From Bacilli bacterium (GTDB lineage Bacteria; Bacillota_I; Bacilli_A; RFN20; CAG-826), in assembly GCA_041668145.1 (NCBI GenBank), contig JBAYDQ010000001.1, positions 1 to 29,100 on the forward strand: a stretch of DNA of 29,100 nucleotides, written 5' to 3'. Under the pieces are notes generated by a model, which was not told where the DNA came from, did no database searches, and saw only the letters and a program-made list of their open reading frames with translations. Shown one piece after another: positions 1-9,223 of this stretch. The translations under genes and the position numbers were made by a program. Numbering within the stretch: the first letter of the stretch is position 1; each line of letters starts with the position of its first letter.

Positions 1-1562
1 CCACTACGACCTCTCAACTGATTGTCAATACGTCGGGCTTCATGTCGTTCTGTTCCAAACACACATAATCCACCAAGAGCTCTCACTTCGTCGTTAATCT
101 TAATATCAGTTCCACGACCAGCCATGTTTGTGGCTAAAGTAATGTGACCTTTTTCACCTGAATGGGCAATAATTTCAGCTTCACGAGCATTGTTTTTAGC
201 ATTTAACATTTCATGTTCTAATCCAGCAGCAGTTAATAAAGCAGAAATTTCTTCCGAAGATTCAACTGAGACAGTGCCAATAAGAATTGGCTGACCTTTT
301 TCGTGTCTTTCCTTAATTTCCTTGACTAAAGCGACAAGCTTAGGAGCTTTGTGAGCGTACACATAATCAAGAGCATCAACACGCACAATAGGCTTGTTGG
401 TAGGAATACATATGACACGCATATTATAAATTTTTTGGAATTCTTCTTCTTCAGTCTTAGCGGTACCAGTCATACCAGACATTTTCTTAAATAGGCGAAA
501 GAAGTTCTGATAGGTGATTGTTGCCATCGTGACGGTTTCTTGTTTAATAGTAACGTTTTCTTTGGCTTGAACCGCTTGATGCAGACCATCAGACCACTCA
601 CGACCGGGAAGCACACGACCAGTAAATTGATCAATAATTTGGACTTGTCCTTCGACATCAACAAGATAGTCGACATCACGATCCATAATATAATTAGCTT
701 TTAAAGCATTGTGAATTCGATGAACTAAATCAGCAAATTCAGGATTGTATAAATTCTTAATGCCGAACATTTTTTCAGCTTTGGCATTTCCATCATCAGT
801 TAAATTGACAGTTTTTTCTTTAACATCAATAACAAAATCTTTTTCTTTTTTTAAAGCTTTGCAGAAACGATCTGCTACAGTGTATTGTGAAGCGGAGGTT
901 TTAGCACCGCCAGAAATAATTAACGGTGTTCTCGATTCATCGATGAGAATAGAATCGGCTTCATCAACGATACAATAATTAAGTCCACGTAAAACGCGGT
1001 GTTCCATATCGACCGCCATGTTATCCCTTAGATAATCAAATCCAAGTTCGGCATTGGTTGTATAAGTGATGTCGCAAAGATAAGCTTCTCGCTTTTCTTC
1101 AGTTGTTTTGCTTCTTAAGTTAACACCAACAGTCAAACCAAGAAAGCGATAAATTTGTCCCATCCAGTCCGCATCACGTTGTGATAAGTATTCGTTAACG
1201 GTAACAACTTCCGCGCCCTTACCAGCAAGAGCGTTTAAATAGATAGCCATCGTTGCAGTCAAAGTTTTACCTTCACCAGTTTTCATTTCTGCGACATCGC
1301 CAGCGTGAAGGACGAGCGCGCCAATAATTTGAACCTTATAGGGGAACTCACCAAGAGTTCTTTTAGCAGCTTCTCGCGCAACAGCGAAAGCTTCAATTTT
1401 TATATCATCAAGAGTTTTGCCATGAGCAAGCAAATCTTTAAAATATGGAGTTTTTGCTCTCAATTCTTCATCAGATAAAGAAGCCATTTCCTTTTCTAAA
1501 GCAAGAACTTTTGTGGCCTCTCTTTCATATTGATTCAACATTCGTCTATCGAAAAATCCCAT
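1..1562 (-). CDS. secA: Preprotein translocase ATPase SecA (5' part; runs off the left edge, missing from the ORF track)
   Basis: Manual translation from ATG at 1562: [38 protein letters not shown]...[14 protein letters not shown]...[16 protein letters not shown]...[11 protein letters not shown]...[21 protein letters not shown]...[19 protein letters not shown]-like GGTGA upstream. Confidence 0.98.
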   Translation of the reverse strand, partial: MGFFDRRMLNQYEREATKVLALEKEMASLSDEELRAKTPYFKDLLAHGKTLDDIKIEAFAVAREAAKRTLGEFPYKVQIIGALVLHAGDVAEMKTGEGKTLTATMAIYLNALAGKGAEVVTVNEYLSQRDADWMGQIYRFLGLTVGVNLRSKTTEEKREAYLCDITYTTNAELGFDYLRDNMAVDMEHRVLRGLNYCIVDEADSILIDESRTPLIISGGAKTSASQYTVADRFCKALKKEKDFVIDVKEKTVNLTDDGNAKAEKMFGIKNLYNPEFADLVHRIHNALKANYIMDRDVDYLVDVEGQVQIIDQFTGRVLPGREWSDGLHQAVQAKENVTIKQETVTMATITYQNFFRLFKKMSGMTGTAKTEEEEFQKIYNMRVICIPTNKPIVRVDALDYVYAHKAPKLVALVKEIKERHEKGQPILIGTVSVESSEEISALLTAAGLEHEMLNAKNNAREAEIIAHSGEKGHITLATNMAGRGTDIKINDEVRALGGLCVFGTERHEARRIDNQLRGRS

Positions 1563-1631
1563 AATTACTTCACCAACACAATTAGAATGTGCCTTTCTAA
1601 TATCATAAATGTTCTTAACATTTGCCTACAT

Positions 1632-1660
1632 ATCTTATCATTCGAGAGTTGATTAGTCTA
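1632..1660 (-). promoter_or_regulatory. Candidate sigma-A promoter of secA
   Basis: Minus strand TAGACT (1660-1655), 17 nt, TAAGAT (1637-1632), with TGn just before the -10. Confidence 0.5.
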
Positions 1661-1695
1661 ACACTATTTCATAGTTTAGGTTGAATTGCCACTAG

Positions 1696-2361
1696 TTAAT
1701 CCAAGAATGTTTTGCTCATTACCAGAACCTCAATTTTCTTCGGATTCAATTCTTTTACAAGTTTAATGATTGCCTTAACCGTGGAACCAGTGGTAAAAAC
1801 ATCATCAACAATTAAAATTTTTTTACCATACAATTTGTCATTTGATTTTAATTTAAAATAAAGACTAATATCTTTTCTTTGTTCTTTATTATGATCCGCT
1901 TGTTTGAAGGGAGCAATTTTTTCAACAATTGATAAAAATGGCAGATGTAATGGCCGAAAAATTTCTTCGACATGTTTGAATTCTCTTTTAATATCATCGT
2001 CGTGAAAAGATGGTGCAGGTACAAGATAAAAATCATGGTACTTATAATGCAGTTCTTTCGCAAATCGCTCTATAAAAATAGTGGCAAGCTCGATATCATA
2101 GCAAGCTTTTAGCTGATAGAGAAACGTCTTAATATCATCATCATATTTATATATTGATAAACAAGGGATTTGATTGATACTAAATTTGTAAAAAAGGGGT
2201 ACTAATCTATTTTGGCAAACTGAACATATGGAACATGATTTATGAAAAAAACCATATATATTCCAATTATGTATCGGTTTTAAACAGATTTTGCAAATTC
2301 TTATTGGCGGTTTGAATATCTCTAATAGATTGATGAATATCTTTTGTTTCCTCGCTTGCAA
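1696..2361 (-). CDS. comFC: ComF family protein (Cys-rich N-terminus plus phosphoribosyltransferase-like domain)
   Basis: CKIC...CSVC N-terminus, PRT motif ILIVDDVFTTGST, directly downstream of comFA. The start is TTG with GGGAG about 11 nt upstream; it overlaps comFA by 95 nt, so the start is somewhat uncertain. Confidence 0.9.
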   Translation of the reverse strand: MQARKQKIFINLLEIFKPPIRICKICLKPIHNWNIYGFFHKSCSICSVCQNRLVPLFYKFSINQIPCLSIYKYDDDIKTFLYQLKACYDIELATIFIERFAKELHYKYHDFYLVPAPSFHDDDIKREFKHVEEIFRPLHLPFLSIVEKIAPFKQADHNKEQRKDISLYFKLKSNDKLYGKKILIVDDVFTTGSTVKAIIKLVKELNPKKIEVLVMSKTFLD

Positions 2362-3439
2362 GATAAATCACTCTCCCTTCTGGCGCTTCTTTTTTGCGTC
2401 CTACTCTTCCAGATATTTGCACTAGGGAATACGATGAATAAATTGGATGATCGGCGAAAAAAATAATGACTTGCAAATTAATTACAGTCACACCTCTTTC
2501 CAAGATTGCTGTCGTGACTAAAAAATGATACTTTTTATTTCGGAAATCATCAATTATTTGAGAGCGACTCTTGCTTTTTGAATGAACATAATTACCATTA
2601 GGGCAAAAAAGTTTTATTTGATTATACAATTCCTCACATATTTGAATTGTGGGGGCGAATATAAACACTTGTTTCTTTTCTTTTGCAAACTGTTTAATTA
2701 ACCTAATACAATAAAATAATAATAACATTTTCGGCTTGATAATTAATTCAGGAATAGGGAGAGGATAACGATGAAAACGCGAATAAAGTTCAATGATTTT
2801 CCCACCACTTTTATTAAAATCATTTAGCATTTGTTTTGATGGTGTTGCCGACATCATAATGTAATTCCCTTTTATCGATTTTTTGAAAAAAGAATTTAAA
2901 ACATCGTTATCAACAAAAGGGAAAGCATCAACTTCATCAAGAATAAGCAAATCGAAAAAATGATCAAAGCGAAAAAGTTGATGTGTTGTGCAACAAATCA
3001 AATCGCCATTGAGTTTAGTTGCATGCCCACCGCAAATTAACGCAACATCAAGAGTCTTAAAAATATTTTTAAAACGCCCGTATAGTTCGATGATGACATC
3101 GCGACGCGGAACTGCAAAGCCAACTTTTAATCCATGAGCAATTGCGTACGCGATGACTCGTAAAACAATTTCTGTCTTGCCAGATCCACACACAGCATGG
3201 ACTAAAGAGTTTTGATGATGCAAAAAATTTCTTAATAATGCATCTGACAGTTCGATTTGATCATTAGAGAGCTCGTAGTTGAGATGATAATAGACATCAA
3301 CTGGCTTATTTTCTATGTTAGAAACCTTTTGACCACGAAATAATAAACAGCACCGACAGTATGGCTTGCCATTTCTTATTCCAAATAATTGTGGATCCCG
3401 ATTTCCACAGATAGGACAAACAAATAAAAAAGCGCTCAT
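2267..3439 (-). CDS. comFA: ComFA-like SF2 helicase/ATPase with an N-terminal Cys4 motif
   Basis: CPICGN...YCRCC; Walker A AVCGSGKT; DEVD; SAT; LERGVT; QISGRVGR; paired with comFC. Confidence 0.92.
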   Translation of the reverse strand: MSAFLFVCPICGNRDPQLFGIRNGKPYCRCCLLFRGQKVSNIENKPVDVYYHLNYELSNDQIELSDALLRNFLHHQNSLVHAVCGSGKTEIVLRVIAYAIAHGLKVGFAVPRRDVIIELYGRFKNIFKTLDVALICGGHATKLNGDLICCTTHQLFRFDHFFDLLILDEVDAFPFVDNDVLNSFFKKSIKGNYIMMSATPSKQMLNDFNKSGGKIIELYSRFHRYPLPIPELIIKPKMLLLFYCIRLIKQFAKEKKQVFIFAPTIQICEELYNQIKLFCPNGNYVHSKSKSRSQIIDDFRNKKYHFLVTTAILERGVTVINLQVIIFFADHPIYSSYSLVQISGRVGRKKEAPEGRVIYLASEETKDIHQSIRDIQTANKNLQNLFKTDT

Positions 3440-3456
3440 ATTTATTAAAGAGCGCT
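3425..3456 (-). terminator. Terminator-like hairpin after rpiB, overlapping the comFA start
   Basis: Minus strand AGCGCTC, 12-nt loop, GAGCGCT, then TTTTTATTTG; lies 21 nt past the rpiB stop. Confidence 0.5.
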
Positions 3457-3477
3457 CATTGTTGTTTTTTTTCTTAT

Positions 3478-3918
3478 TTATTCTTCAAAGTTTTTAATCA
3501 TGTCGACGCGGATAGCGTGTCTTCCACCTTCAAATGGTGTTGATAAAAAGATATCAATTCTTCTTAATACATCTGACAAATCCATAAATTTTTGTCCAAA
3601 AGCAATCATATTGCAATCGTTATGTTGACGCATCAATTTAGTCACATCATCGTTATAACCAATGCCACAACGAATACCTTTTACTTTATTAGCGGCAATT
3701 GAAATGCCTTCTCCAGATGTGCAAACAATAACACCATAATCGCATTGTCCTAAAGCTACCAAATTAGCGGCAGCAAAACCAAAGACGGGATAATTGCATG
3801 AATCGTGTGAGTTTGTTCCAACATCAAAAACTTCATACCCCTTAGATTTTAAATATTTAGCAATCTCATTTTTATAATCAAGACCACCGTGATCAGAGCC
3901 AACAGCAATTTTAAGCAT
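3478..3918 (-). CDS. rpiB: Ribose-5-phosphate isomerase B (RpiB/LacA/LacB family)
   Basis: IAVGSDHGG, CTSGEGISIAANKVKGIRC, RQHNDCN, FEGGRH. Confidence 0.95.
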   Translation of the reverse strand: MLKIAVGSDHGGLDYKNEIAKYLKSKGYEVFDVGTNSHDSCNYPVFGFAAANLVALGQCDYGVIVCTSGEGISIAANKVKGIRCGIGYNDDVTKLMRQHNDCNMIAFGQKFMDLSDVLRRIDIFLSTPFEGGRHAIRVDMIKNFEE

Positions 3919-4762
3919 AATTTTTATCTCCTTTTTTTATTATATAAAGAAAACGCGTCTTGTTGTGCATATCTTTTGAAAACTTAATAATTACATCACA
4001 TAGATATTTATCAATTAACCTTGTGAGTTTTTCTTCCATATCTTCACCAATTTCAAAGATCATCATTCCTTGCGGACTTAATATCTTATCGCAGTTTTTA
4101 AAAATTTTCTCATAAAAAAATGTATCTGGATAAGCTAGTAAGGCAAGGTGAGGTTCATATTTCCAAACTTGTTCGTCAATTTCTTCTTTTCTTTCAATAT
4201 AAGGAGGATTGCAAACAATGACATCAATCTTGATATTTTTTTTAATGAGAGGTTCCAACATATCGCCTTGTAAAAAAGAAATTTGATTTAACCGATCATT
4301 TCTTTTTGCAACTGCCAAGCATTCTTTATCAATGTCAGTTCCATAGATATCAGCGTGCGGAAAGTATTTCTTTAAAGTAATAGCAATACATCCTGATCCA
4401 GTACAAATATCGGCGATAGAAATAATTGATTTATCGAATGCTTTTTCAATAAGCGCTTTAGTATTTATGACTAATTCTTCTGTCTCCTGACGAGGAATTA
4501 AAACATGAGGATTAACTTCAAAATAACAATCGATAAAATTGCAATAACCCAAGACATATTGAAATGGCTCACCATGACAAACCCGCTCAATGTTTTCGAG
4601 TAATTTATTGTAATCTAGGCACTGAAAATCAAATGATTTGTACAAAGTAACATCATCATTAAATTTATTCACATCGCATAGTAAACTCTTAATAACGAAT
4701 CTAGTGAGGTATTTATTTCCAGATTTTAATAAATTAAAATATATTTCACGATTTGTGGGCAT
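3911..4762 (-). CDS. prmC: Release factor glutamine methyltransferase
   Basis: GEPFQYVLG, VLIPRQETEEL, DICTGSGCIA, NPPY; follows prfA. Confidence 0.96.
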   Translation of the reverse strand: MPTNREIYFNLLKSGNKYLTRFVIKSLLCDVNKFNDDVTLYKSFDFQCLDYNKLLENIERVCHGEPFQYVLGYCNFIDCYFEVNPHVLIPRQETEELVINTKALIEKAFDKSIISIADICTGSGCIAITLKKYFPHADIYGTDIDKECLAVAKRNDRLNQISFLQGDMLEPLIKKNIKIDVIVCNPPYIERKEEIDEQVWKYEPHLALLAYPDTFFYEKIFKNCDKILSPQGMMIFEIGEDMEEKLTRLIDKYLCDVIIKFSKDMHNKTRFLYIIKKGDKNYA

Positions 4763-4763
4763 G

Positions 4764-5837
4764 TTATTCGCCTGCTAATTTGCTTGATTGGTCAAAGTGA
4801 ATAAGGGCATCGATGATCTCATCAAGGTCACCCTCCATCACGCGATCTAATTTTTGAATAGTAAAACCAATTCGATGATCGGTAACGCGATTTTGAGGAT
4901 AATTATATGTTCTAATTTTTTCTGATCGCTCACCAGTTCCAACTTTCAGTTTTCGCTCACTGCCAATTTTCTCTTGTTGTTCAGCAAGGGCAGCCATATA
5001 CATTTTTGTTCTTAGCATTTGCATAGCAATTTCACGATTTTGAATCTGTGATTTCTCCGTTTGACACGCGACAACTATTCCAGTAGGAATGTGTGTAATG
5101 CGAACTGCAGACTCTGTTTTGTTAACATTTTGTCCACCCGCTCCTTGGCTATGATAGGTATCAACTTGTAAATCATTAGGATTAATTTGCACATCGATTT
5201 CTTCAGCTTCTGGCATGACCAAAACAGTTGCGGTTGAAGTATGAATTCTTCCACCAGCTTCTGTCTTAGGAACTCTTTGAACGCGATGCGCTCCACTTTC
5301 AAATTTTAATTTCGAATAGACATTGTCTCCGCTGATTTTGAAAGATACTTGAGCAAAACCACCAGCTTCAGATGGATTTTCATCGAGCATTTTAATTTTC
5401 CATCCTTGCGTTTCAGCATAGCGTGTATACATACGGAAAAGGTCTCCGGCAAAAATATTCGCTTCATCTCCACCGACAGCGCCACGTATTTCAACGATGA
5501 TATTTTTGTCATCATTAGGATCTTTAGGAAGTAAAAGTTCTCGCAGTTTTTCTTCGATAATAACCTGTTCAGATTCAAGGCGTTTTATCTCTTCTTTTCC
5601 CATTTCAGAGATATCGATATCATTATCATGGCTCATTTCATGAGCGCCAATTAAATCTTCTTCATTTTTCTTAAATTTTTGAAAGCATTCCACTTGTTCA
5701 TCCAGAGAAGCTCTTTCTTTAGAAATAAGCCGAAAATGAGCGATATCATTTATGATGTTTTCACTCATGAGTTCTTCGTCAATTTCTTTCAATCGTTTTT
5801 CAGCAATTTCTAAACGCTGATACATGCTTTTTTCCAT
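4764..5837 (-). CDS. prfA: Peptide chain release factor 1
   Basis: GAGGQNVNKTESAVR (GGQ), RF1-type PxT tripeptide (RVPKTE), KIRTYNYPQNRVTDHRI. Confidence 0.99.
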   Translation of the reverse strand: MEKSMYQRLEIAEKRLKEIDEELMSENIINDIAHFRLISKERASLDEQVECFQKFKKNEEDLIGAHEMSHDNDIDISEMGKEEIKRLESEQVIIEEKLRELLLPKDPNDDKNIIVEIRGAVGGDEANIFAGDLFRMYTRYAETQGWKIKMLDENPSEAGGFAQVSFKISGDNVYSKLKFESGAHRVQRVPKTEAGGRIHTSTATVLVMPEAEEIDVQINPNDLQVDTYHSQGAGGQNVNKTESAVRITHIPTGIVVACQTEKSQIQNREIAMQMLRTKMYMAALAEQQEKIGSERKLKVGTGERSEKIRTYNYPQNRVTDHRIGFTIQKLDRVMEGDLDEIIDALIHFDQSSKLAGE

Positions 5838-5862
5838 AAAAACCTCTCTTTAGGCGATATGT

Positions 5863-5873
5863 ATTTTACCATA
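5863..5873 (-). promoter_or_regulatory. Candidate extended -10 promoter of prfA
   Basis: Minus strand TATG-G-TAAAAT (TRTGn plus -10), about 25 nt upstream of the ATG; SD AGAGG lies between. Confidence 0.55.
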
Positions 5874-5950
5874 GGAGGGCCTAAAGAAAAAGGTTCAATT
5901 ACTTTTATTTAATATGAATATTAAGGCTTTTATGTAAGCGCGCATTTGTG

Positions 5951-5956
5951 TATAAT
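5951..5956 (+). promoter_or_regulatory. Candidate -10 box of the dnaX operon
   Basis: Perfect TATAAT 18 nt before the ATG, with GGTGA between; only a weak -35 (TTTTAT). Confidence 0.5.
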
Positions 5957-5974
5957 CTTAAATGGTGAACAAAT

Positions 5975-7684
5975 ATGGCTTACAAGGCACTTTATCGAAA
6001 ATATCGCCCCTTAACCTTTGACGAAGTTGCTGGGCAACAACATATCGTCAAAACAATTAAAAATGCTTTAGCAACGGGTAAAATTGCTCATGCTTATCTT
6101 TTTGCTGGACCGCGTGGAACGGGAAAGACTACGATGGCAAAACTTCTCGCTAAAGCTTTAAACTGCGACGAGGGAATTGGTCATCAATGCAATGATTGCA
6201 AAAACTGCATTGCCATCAATGAAGGAACTCATCCTGATGTTCTTGAAATTGACGCCGCCAGCAATAACGGAGTTGATGAGATTAGAGATTTAATTGACAA
6301 AGTCAAATACAGCACTATTCTCGGTCGATATAAAGTTTATATTATCGATGAAGTTCATATGATGACCGCTGGCGCTTTCAATGCCCTATTGAAAACACTT
6401 GAAGAACCACCAGAGCATGTCATCTTTATATTAGCCACCACGGAACCGCATAAAATTTTGCCAACCATTCTTTCTCGCTGTCAAAGATATGATTTTTCGA
6501 AAGTTAGCGATGATGATATCAATAATCGAATTAAAGATATTTTGGAACAAGAAGAAATTGCATATAACGAAAAAGCCGTCAAATTGATTGTCTCATTAGC
6601 CGATGGCGGAATGCGCGATGCGTTGTCAATCTTAGATCAAGTTTTAGCGTATTCTGGTAACCGCTTAAATGAGGATGATGTTCTTGATATTTTCGCTCTT
6701 GAATCAACACAAGAAAAAATCGAACTGCTAACTTCTATCGCTCAAAATGATATTACTGACGTTCTAGATCGATTAAAGGAATATGTCGCTCGCGGAACAG
6801 ATATTAAACGCTTAACTGATGACTTGCTTCTAATTTTGAAAGATCTCTTAATTTTTGAAACCACTAATCGATTTGATTATTTAGAAATTCTAAAAAAAGA
6901 GGAAGTCCAAATTCTTTCTCATCAATTTAATCAAAGACAAACAATGGAAATGATTGAAATCTTGATGAACACTCTTAAAGATTATAAAAATGTCACTTCC
7001 ATCGTTCCCTTATTTGAGGTTATGCTTCTAAAATTAGCTAGTCTAAAATTTGAAAAAAAGGAAAATGTCTCAGTTACTGTCAAAGAAGATATGGTACCTA
7101 AAAATAGTGAAACAAACGCTGAAAATACTGCAAAAAGCCAATTTAATGACAATAAAGCTAAAAGTAATGCACCTCAACAAATGTCAATTCTTTCCGAAGA
7201 TGAGCCACAAATTGATGAACCACAAAAGCCTATTGTTTTTGATAAGGGAGTGTTGCTATTAGAAAATACAAAAGTAGAAGATAAATTTTTTGTTAATGAT
7301 GATTTAATGATTAAAATCATGGTTACCAGCAAAAAAGATATTAAGAATGATTTAATTAAAAATTGGAAAAATATCAATCGGCTAACCACTCATCCATCTC
7401 TTGGCAAAGTTGCTATGTTACTCGTTGATGGTCATCCGCTGGTCGCTGGAAACAAAGTTCTCATTGTTGAATATCCACTCGATAAGGCTGTCACAAAAGT
7501 TAATACTCAAGAAAATCAGCAAGAAATTCAAGATGTTATTTCTAATATTTTTGGGCGAAAAATGTTTGTTTATGCCGTCTCAAGAAAAGATTCGATTAGA
7601 TTGCAAAAGATGTATATGGATATGATTCAAGTTAACAAATTACCAAAAATTAACGAATCAACTTTAAAGTTTATAGGAGAATAG
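5975..7684 (+). CDS. dnaX: DNA polymerase III subunit tau/gamma
   Basis: ALYRKYRPLTF, GPRGTGKTT, Cys4 cluster, IIDEVHM, ILSRCQRYDF, DGGMRDALS. Confidence 0.99.
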   Translation: MAYKALYRKYRPLTFDEVAGQQHIVKTIKNALATGKIAHAYLFAGPRGTGKTTMAKLLAKALNCDEGIGHQCNDCKNCIAINEGTHPDVLEIDAASNNGVDEIRDLIDKVKYSTILGRYKVYIIDEVHMMTAGAFNALLKTLEEPPEHVIFILATTEPHKILPTILSRCQRYDFSKVSDDDINNRIKDILEQEEIAYNEKAVKLIVSLADGGMRDALSILDQVLAYSGNRLNEDDVLDIFALESTQEKIELLTSIAQNDITDVLDRLKEYVARGTDIKRLTDDLLLILKDLLIFETTNRFDYLEILKKEEVQILSHQFNQRQTMEMIEILMNTLKDYKNVTSIVPLFEVMLLKLASLKFEKKENVSVTVKEDMVPKNSETNAENTAKSQFNDNKAKSNAPQQMSILSEDEPQIDEPQKPIVFDKGVLLLENTKVEDKFFVNDDLMIKIMVTSKKDIKNDLIKNWKNINRLTTHPSLGKVAMLLVDGHPLVAGNKVLIVEYPLDKAVTKVNTQENQQEIQDVISNIFGRKMFVYAVSRKDSIRLQKMYMDMIQVNKLPKINESTLKFIGE

Positions 7685-7690
7685 ATATTT

Positions 7691-7993
7691 ATGAATATGC
7701 AACAAATGATGATGCAAGCTCAAAAGATGCAACGAGATTTGAACAAAGCGATGGGCGAATTAGAGCAAAAAGAATTCACTCTTACAAAAGGTGGCGCGGT
7801 TACAGTGACTATGCTTGGTTCTCATGAGATGAAGTCAATTTCAATTGATGAAAGTGCTTTAGATCCAGAGAATAAAGAAATGATTGAAGATCTAGTCGTG
7901 TTAACAATTAATGAAATTATGGGCATGATTGAAAAAGAACGTGGTGATATCAATGAGCGCATCACTGGTCGCCGTAATGGATTAGGAATGTAA
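7691..7993 (+). CDS. ybaB: YbaB/EbfC family nucleoid-associated protein
   Basis: MNMQQMMMQAQKMQ start, GGAVTVTM, EMIEDLV; dnaX-ybaB-recR order. Confidence 0.93.
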   Translation: MNMQQMMMQAQKMQRDLNKAMGELEQKEFTLTKGGAVTVTMLGSHEMKSISIDESALDPENKEMIEDLVVLTINEIMGMIEKERGDINERITGRRNGLGM

Positions 7994-8589
7994 TGGAAAA
8001 ATTAAAAGCTCTCGAAAGACTAGAAGAATCATTATCTAAACTCCCTAGCGTTGGCAAGAAGTCAGCCGAGAGAATGGCTTTTGCTATGCTTGACATGGAT
8101 GAAGATGATTTAAATGAGTTTTCCGAAGCGATAAAAGAATTGAAATCATCCATCCATATTTGCCCAGTTTGTGGAAATTTAACTGAGGAAACAATTTGTG
8201 ATATATGCCGCGATGAAACGAGAGATAAAACTTCATTAATGGTCGTTTCTTCGCCAAAGGATCTATTAGCCTTCGAAAAAGCTGAAAGTTTTCATGGTCT
8301 TTATCATGTTCTAGGCGGAACTATCTCCGTTTCAAGAGGTAAAGGAATTGAAGATTTGAATATTCCTCAATTAGTAAAAAGAATTCAAGAAGGAATTATC
8401 AAGGAAGTTATCATTGCGACAAATCCAACTGTCGATGGTGAAACAACGGCCTTATATCTTGCTAAAATAATTGAACCAATGGGTATTAATGTTACTCGGT
8501 TAGCCTATGGCTTACCAATGGGTGGCAATCTTGATTACGCCGATTCATTGACTTTATCAAAAGCCTTTGAAGGGCGCCGAAAAATTTAG
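7993..8589 (+). CDS. recR: Recombination mediator RecR
   Basis: LPSVGKKSAERMA, CPVC...CDIC, ATNPTVDGETTA, TRLAYGLPMGGNLDYAD. Confidence 0.99.
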   Translation: MEKLKALERLEESLSKLPSVGKKSAERMAFAMLDMDEDDLNEFSEAIKELKSSIHICPVCGNLTEETICDICRDETRDKTSLMVVSSPKDLLAFEKAESFHGLYHVLGGTISVSRGKGIEDLNIPQLVKRIQEGIIKEVIIATNPTVDGETTALYLAKIIEPMGINVTRLAYGLPMGGNLDYADSLTLSKAFEGRRKI

Positions 8590-8602
8590 GAAGGACTTTA
8601 CT

Positions 8603-9223
8603 ATGTTTATCACACTTGAAGGACCGGAAGGATCAGGAAAGACCACCGCCGTTGAAACAGCGGTAAAAAGATTACAAGATATGGGGTATCAAATTGTTCG
8701 CACACGCGAGCCAGGTGGCACCCCTATCAGCGAACAAATCAGAAACGTCATTCTCGATAAGGCTAATACCGCGATGGATAGCAAAACTGAGGCTCTTTTA
8801 TATGCTGCCAGTCGAAGACAACATCTTGTCGAAAAAGTTTGGCCGGCGTTAAAAGAAGGCAAAATTGTTATTTGCGATCGTTATCTTGATTCTTCATTAG
8901 CCTATCAAGGTGGGGCGAGAAATTTGGGAATTGACGAAGTTTTAAATATCAATTTATTTGCCACAGAAAATACTTGGCCCGATTTAACCCTTTTATTTGA
9001 TATTGACCCAAATATTGGATTAGCGCGTATTAACAGTAATGACAAACGTGAAATCAATCGTTTAGACCTCGAAAAAATAGAGTTCCATGATAAGGTGCGA
9101 TCCACTTTTCTTGAACTAGCAAAACGTTATCCTAATCGTTATGTCATTATTGATGCGAGCAAGTCCAAAGAAGAAGTGGCTAAAGCGACATTGGACGCTA
9201 TTTTATCGAGATTATGCAAATAG
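8603..9223 (+). CDS. tmk: Thymidylate kinase
   Basis: MFITLEGPEGSGKTT, TREPGG, ICDRYLDSSLAYQG. Start moved to ATG 8603 (SD AGGAAGGA) from the track's 8567. Confidence 0.97.
   Translation: MFITLEGPEGSGKTTAVETAVKRLQDMGYQIVRTREPGGTPISEQIRNVILDKANTAMDSKTEALLYAASRRQHLVEKVWPALKEGKIVICDRYLDSSLAYQGGARNLGIDEVLNINLFATENTWPDLTLLFDIDPNIGLARINSNDKREINRLDLEKIEFHDKVRSTFLELAKRYPNRYVIIDASKSKEEVAKATLDAILSRLCK

Noticed and set aside
470-978. Short track ORFs 470-679 and 745-978
   Set aside because: Alternative-frame or antisense shadows of secA, which the track missed because it lacks a stop in the window.
5075-5578. Short track ORFs nested in prfA; likewise those inside comFC, dnaX, recR, tmk, typA, rluA-like, rimK-like, grpB-like, the kinase, ROK, glmU and tatD
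   Set aside because: All overlap well-supported genes in other frames and show no recognisable motif or start signal.
5838-5974. SRP RNA (ffs/scr), often upstream of dnaX in Firmicutes
   Set aside because: The 137-bp spacer is AT-rich, taken up by two promoters, and shows no SRP helix-8 GNRA/GGAAGCAG-like motif on either strand.
6892-6898. Second A7 run in dnaX as a slippage site
   Set aside because: It lies inside domain III, so a shift would truncate the oligomerisation domain; most likely plain Lys codons.
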